Shown here: positions 51,990-57,804 of the stretch, piece by piece
Layout of the letters: the number at the start of each line of letters is the position of its first letter
Position numbering within the stretch: the stretch's first letter is position 1
Assembly (NCBI RefSeq): GCF_006345805.1
Contig: NW_021835544.1
Coordinates: forward strand, 1 to 57,804
Reading direction: 5' to 3'
DNA from: Octopus sinensis
Lineage: Eukaryota
DNA length: 57,804 nucleotides
Program-made: the position numbers and the translations under genes
The notes under the pieces: model-generated
Told to the model about the DNA's origin: nothing
Database searches by the model: none
What the model saw: the letters and a program-made list of their open reading frames with translations, nothing else

Positions 51990-52941
51990 TTGCTGTTGCT
52001 GCTGCTGCTGCTGTTCAGTGTCAAAACAAACTCGGGAATTGTATGAGTCAAGAGGTAACACCATTCTTTTTAACATTTAGGGTTTCTCAACCTTAGACTG
52101 TGACACTGGGTCCAGTTTAAAAGTCTTCAGGTAGGGTAGACTTTGTTGCCAATTGCTATCGTCCTAAACAGGCCATATCGGATGGATGTTATAGTTTAGA
52201 GACTTCAGTATCATAACAGAGGATGAAAACCGCGTAACAACATTGATGTTATTGACAAGCAAACAACATAAAATTAAGGGCCTGTCAAAGGTAACAGGGA
52301 ACAGATATTCGTTGTGCAATGCTGTGAAATGTATCTAGGATAAAGTCGCTTGAAGAAGATGAAATCTTGTTGTTGCCGTTTTCAGTGTAATATGCTTCCA
52401 TTCACATATTTATCTAGACCTCGTATTCGTTACAAGAAAATGAAATATCATCGCACTATCGACACCAAAATAATTCAAATGTTTTCAGTGGTCTGGATGA
52501 AAAACATGACAAATATCTCATGACGTAGTTATTGCAGTGAAGATAGTAACGGCGAAAAGCTACGATCGACGGAATTTCTGAGAGACATGCTGATGCCCTG
52601 ACTCGGAAACAATAAAAAAACGAAAAAACGAAATTAATAACATAGTAGCAGAATAATATTTAAAGACTCCAGATAGAAACAATCTCAATCATAACAGGAT
52701 TTTTAAAAAATCGTATCAAAGTGTGGAGGAACAATAAAGATACCGACAATGGAACTAAGAAGTTTAATGACATCGAAGGTGAATACTTCAGAGTCAGTAC
52801 CGTCATCAGCGGAATAACAATTTAAGAAACGGCATGCAACAATAAAATAAATAGAGAACCTATGAGAATGAATGGCAATCTGCCAAATAATTAAATAATT
52901 AAATAATTAAAGGAATGAAGATGATGATGATGATGATAATG

Positions 52942-53005
<64 letters not shown>

Positions 53006-53398
53006 TGATGATAATGATGATGATGATGATGATGATGATAACAATGATTCTTTATATTAAATGCACAAGGCCTGAAGTTTTGGGAAGGGGACTAGTAGAG
53101 TATATCGACCCCATTGTTTCACTGGTACTAATAATGGTTCAAGGTGGTTTCAATATTCTACTATAGCCTCGGGTCGACCAAAGTCTTGGGAATAGATTTA
53201 GTAGATGGAAACTGAAAGAAGCCCATCGTATACACACACATACACATGTCTATACACACACACACACTCACATATATACACATATATTGTTTTACTTGTT
53301 TCAGTCATTTGACTGTCACCATGATGGAGCACCGCTTCGAATGTTGCTTAACTTCGGCAATCGGGCGAGAACCGATGTTTTATATGTATGTATGTATG

Positions 53399-53432
<34 letters not shown>

Positions 53433-53433
<1 letters not shown>

Positions 53434-55071
53434 TAGCAGTGTTACCCGGCGTTGCCCGAGTTACATACAATTGAAGAATTAGACTTTTGTGTTATATTTT
53501 CTGTAATGAACTGGAATACATATGTTTCGAATTTTATCAAAATTGCAGATGAGGGTTATTTCCCTCTTTACACACCCAAACAAAATTGTAATCGTGCCAC
53601 AAGTATCCCATGCTACTGATTTTTATGCGCATATTCCAAAATTCCAGTCTCATAGAACCTGTTAAAAGGGTTTTTCTCCTGAAAAATAGAGGTCATGGAG
53701 CTCTAAAATGTGAGAGTTAACGCCCTTATTGGGGGTGGGCATCTTAATGTCAACCAGAGAAGTTGAATTGTTGAGAATCTTTTTAACTAGGGTCTTATAT
53801 CTATTGTTTGAATTTCTTTAAAATAAGAAATATATGTTTACTGGATTTGTAAAAGATGGCAAAGCTACAGGAAACCAAAAGACGAATGATCACAATAAGC
53901 AATCAACTACCCTACCATAGTCGTTACCACTCCCAGAGGAGGATTCCTCAGCATCCAGGTGACAGGCACAGCCGTAAGATGCATTACGAATCTATAGCAA
54001 TTGGAAGGGCGTGACACAACTGAAATAAACATTAACAATTGTGTGACGTGAGAGCTAAGGAGAAATGAAAGTGTCATCTCTGGAGTTTGCAAATGACCAC
54101 TATACTGATACGTAACTAGACAGAATAAATATGCAATCTATAAATGTCTTTGAATAACCAGTCACTCATCTGGGAAGGCCTTGAAATCAATGTTACCATG
54201 TGGGGACTATGTGTGACCCAGTGATAATAAAAAGACTGAAAGGAGATCTGCAATCAAATAACTTTATTCAACACTTTGCAACTGAATCAGTGGAGGCAAA
54301 GATGCCTCTCATTTACTTGACAATTTATGCACCACATTGCAGAAATCACAATGTAAGTCAAAGCAAGCTCCTACCCTGTTGTACCATTGGATTACAAATA
54401 ATGTCATCTTCTATGCTCGGATGACCCCACAGCTTCCAAGAGTACAACTATTCGTCTTTGTTTAGATAAAATGACAAAATTGTGGATGTTAAGCCCCCAT
54501 GAAGCGGTGTTTCTAACTTGTAAGAAGATGAAATTTTATAAATATTACTTCATTTGTATCTAATATCTATGGTTAAAGTTTCATCAACAGCAAAAATATA
54601 TGAATTTTCATGGGGGTTGTGGCCCTTATGCATAGAATATAATTTCCAAATTTCGTAAAGATCCATTCAGTCCTTTTGACTTAGTTTTGGATCATAAAAG
54701 AAATGACTAAAATTTGGGAGTTAAGGCCCCCATTAGGGTGTCTTAGAATCCTCATGTGAAGTGGAATCTTTGAGAAAACTTCTTGATGTGCGTCAATTAC
54801 CCATGGTTGAAATTTCATCAACATCGAAAATTTATGAATCTTCATAAGGGGTTCTGCCCCCTTTAAGCCATCTGAAATTCAAACCAAACATATTGCATTA
54901 TACCCGCCCTTATGCATTGAATCTAAGTTTCAAATATCATAGGGATACGTTCAGTAATTTTGGTCCATGAAATTGTATGAAATACACACAGCATTATCAT
55001 TCTCCCTAGGCTTCGATTTTGTGTTCCAAATTTCATTATAATCGGTGCAGCAGTTTTCGAATGTATAAGTA

Positions 55072-55075
<4 letters not shown>
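53433..55075 (-). mobile_element. Non-autonomous Helitron-like element (~1.6 kb) with internal degenerate repeats
   Basis: The minus-strand 3' end ctcgggcaacgccgggtaacactgCTAG|T matches the other Helitron ends. aaatttcat/atgaaattt motifs recur at 54.5-55.05 kb. The 5' boundary is approximate. Confidence 0.7.
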
Positions 55076-55107
<32 letters not shown>

Positions 55108-55194
55108 ATATGTGTGTAAGTGTGTGTGTGTGCATGCGTGTGTGTGTGTGCGTGTGTGTGTGCGTGTGTGTGCGTGTGTGTGTGCGTGTGTGTG

Positions 55195-55241
<47 letters not shown>

Positions 55242-55421
55242 AAGATAAATTGATAGATACAACTGAGTGGGCAAACAAAAATATGAGACACAGCGTAGTG
55301 CTTTTTTTATGTGGATAAGCCTGGTACTTATTCTATTAGTTTCTCTTTGTGAAACCAGTAAATATATACATTACATATATATACGATTGATTTCTGTAAG
55401 TTTCTGTCGACGAAATCCATT

Positions 55422-55503
<82 letters not shown>

Positions 55504-55594
55504 GTATGTATGTATGTATATACACACACACACACACAAAGATAAATTGTGTGGGCAAGCAAAAATATGAGATACTACCAAGTGTTTTATTTTA

Positions 55595-55915
55595 TTTTGA
55601 TAAGCCTGGTACTTATTCTATCAGTTTCTTCTTGTGAAACCAGTAAGTTGTGGGGATGTAAATAAACGAACAGCAGTTGTGAAGCAGTGATGAGGGTGAA
55701 ACACAGAAAGAAAGTCACACACATACACTTAAATATATACATGCATATATATACGATTGATTTCTTTCAGTTTCTGTCTACAAAATCCACTGACAAGGCT
55801 TTGGTTGGTCTGAGGCTATAGCAGAAGACACATGCCAAGTCACCACACAGTGGGACTGAACACAGAACCATGTGTTTTGGAACGAAGTTTGTTACCACAC
55901 AGCCACACCTGCACC
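55595..55915 (-). mobile_element. Degenerate family A SINE
   Basis: gataagcctggtacttattctatc...ccacacagccacacctgc. Confidence 0.7.
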
Positions 55916-56169
55916 TATGTATGTGTGTATGTGGGTGTATATATGTATGCATGTATATATGTGAATATATATATGCGTACATATTACATGTACATCTATA
56001 TATACATCTACACATATACATGTATACATATACATCTAGATGTATAGAAATAAATGTATACATATACAGCTATACACACATACACACACACACACACATA
56101 CATAGATGCAGGTGTGGCTGTGTGGTAACAACTTCGTTCCAAAACACATGGTCCTGGGTTTAAATTTAA

Positions 56170-56583
56170 ATTTAAAATAATAAGCGCGAGAAATTGAATA
56201 TTAATTTGATGGTGTAGCATATAAGACCATAGCGGATATTCTTCTAGCAAAATGGATGTCCACTGTTAATGGTTCATCCCTCTTATATAATAGTTTGACT
56301 TTAATAGTTTCAGTAGTTTCAGTATTAAAGTGAAAGTATCTGACATTACAATAGAGAGATGTTTTTGTTTCACTTTTAACACGTAATACTGAAATAGTGG
56401 AGAAGATATGATATTGCTGTGGGCTCACCCTAGGCAATAAGTTAGAAATTGTTTTGCCCATGACACTACACAGACCCTAAGTAAGGCATGTGTAAAATTT
56501 GAATGAAATTGGTTGTGTAGTTCTCAAGTTTTAGGGATTCACACAGACAGACAGACATACATTCTCAGTTTTATATATATAGA
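56170..56583 (-). mobile_element. Helitron-like element, 5' portion
   Basis: Minus strand A|TCTATATATATAAAACTGAGAATGTATGTCTGTCTGTCTG...CCAATTTCATTCAAATTT. No CTAG 3' end was found. Confidence 0.55.
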
Positions 56584-57099
56584 TATATATATATACACAC
56601 ACATATCTATATATATGTATATATGTGTATGTATGTATTATGTATGTATGTATGTATGTAAATTTGTATGCATGTATGTATTTTATCTTTTATTTTGTTT
56701 CAGTTAGGTGACTGAGGCCATGCTGGGGCACCGCCTTGAAGGGTTTTAGACGAACAAGTCAACCATAGGACTTATTCTATCGGTCTCTTTCGCCGAACCA
56801 CACCACATTTAATTACATCACAGCACTTTGCCTTACACTACACAGCACTGCAACACACCACGACACAACACACTGCATTGTACTACAACATACTACATCA
56901 CATCCTACTATCCCAGGTAACACGACAACACACTACACTACATGTCCTATATTACACTGCACCACGCTACACTTCGCCATACCACACTTCACCACATCAC
57001 GCTACACCACACTAGATTTACATTACAATGTACTCCTCTACAACACCAGACTATATGACATCACACTACGCTTACACTAAATTATACCATACTACACCA

Positions 57100-57395
57100 A
57101 AGCGCCTAGTGATTAGAGCAGCGGACTTGCGGTTGAGGGATCGCGGGTTCGAATCTCAGACCGAGTGATGTGTGTGTTTATGATCGAAATACCGAAGCTC
57201 CACGCGGCCCCGGTAGAAGGTAGTGGCGAACTTCTGCTGACTCTTTGGCCACGATGTTCTCTCATTTTTTCCTCCTGCATCTTGCAGCTCACTGCGACGG
57301 ACCGGCGTCCCGTCCAGGTGGGGAACCTATACGTCAAGGAAACCGGAAAACCGGCCTCAATGAGGCAGGCGTGGCTTGAGAAGGAACAAGCAAAC
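57100..57395 (+). mobile_element. Family C SINE, diverged
   Basis: gcgcctagtgattagagcagcggacttgcgg...gggttcgaatc...ggcgtcccgtccagg...ggaaaccggaaaaccgg. Confidence 0.8.
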
Positions 57396-57451
57396 ACCAA
57401 AGCGCACCAACTCACACTGTACAATGCGCTGCACCGCATTATACTCTATAC

Positions 57452-57555
57452 CAGGGTTTCTCAACCACTTTCTTTTTTCTTATCTATGGACCTCTTTGAT
57501 TACTGTTTCATTCGGGTGGATCCCCTCCTTAGCCAGCCGATGGTTAAAAACTACA
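57452..57555. mobile_element. Possible short hAT-type MITE
   Basis: Begins CAGGGTTTCTCAACC and ends in a degenerate complement (ggttaaaaactac). No TSD was resolved. Confidence 0.35.
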
Positions 57556-57609
57556 TTTACATACACTATTTACATTTGATGGATATTTGTCCTCATCTTG
57601 TTTGTTGTT

Positions 57610-57655
57610 AACACAACGTTTCGGCTGATATACTCTCCAGCTTTCATCAGGTGTC
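57610..57655 (-). ncRNA. Minimal hammerhead-like motif (canonical CUGAUGA core) in a short repeat ~57570-57710
   Basis: Minus strand gacac-CTGATGA-a-agctg-gagagtatat-cagcc-GAAA-CG-T-T-gtgtt, with palindromic AACGTT stem III. Confidence 0.65.
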
Positions 57656-57706
57656 TTGGGGAAATTTCGCACCTGGGTTCTAATTCCTAAGGTATTTTTT
57701 GACGTT

Positions 57707-57804
57707 CTTCTTCTTCTTCTTCTTCTTCTTCTTCTTCTTCTTCTTCTTCTTCTTCTTCTTCTTCTTCTTCTTCTTCTTCTTCTTCTTCTTCTTTTCTTTC
57801 TTCT
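57707..57804. repeat. (TTC)n microsatellite
   Basis: Read directly. Confidence 0.95.

Noticed and set aside
52100-52900. Complex non-repetitive stretch (similar at 38000-38760 and 50240-50580)
   Set aside because: No ORF or motif could be recognised; probably old retroelement debris, but this cannot be supported without a search.
57104-57165. tRNA-like sequences (also SINE heads at 39990, 50893 and 51989)
   Set aside because: They have A/B boxes but no complete cloverleaf and continue into SINE bodies, so they are not tRNA genes.

Overview
This is a repeat-saturated, AT-rich eukaryotic window with no supportable host protein-coding gene. The SINE, microsatellite and LINE content looks like an octopus (cephalopod) genome; this is inferred from repeat families and not checked against a database. 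Nearly all ORFs in the track are microsatellite translation artefacts. The real coding remnants are all disrupted mobile elements. They are three mariner transposases (one full-length, with TIRs and a TA duplication), a Penelope-like RT/GIY-YIG fragment with an inverted terminal repeat, a 5'-truncated Dong/R4-type LINE in (TAA)n, a near full-length Tx1/L1-type LINE with (GATA)n on both flanks, and a small RLE-LINE 3' end with an (ATAC)n tail. The window also holds many tRNA-derived SINEs, non-autonomous Helitrons, fold-back palindromes and at least six minimal hammerhead-ribozyme motifs, one with a compensatory U3-A8 core pair. The best novelty candidates are a putative (GATA)n-targeting Tx1 LINE with intron-like signals between ORF1 and ORF2, apparent partitioning of different microsatellites among LINE families, and the variant hammerheads. 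Coordinates were counted by eye; boundaries inside microsatellites are approximate.
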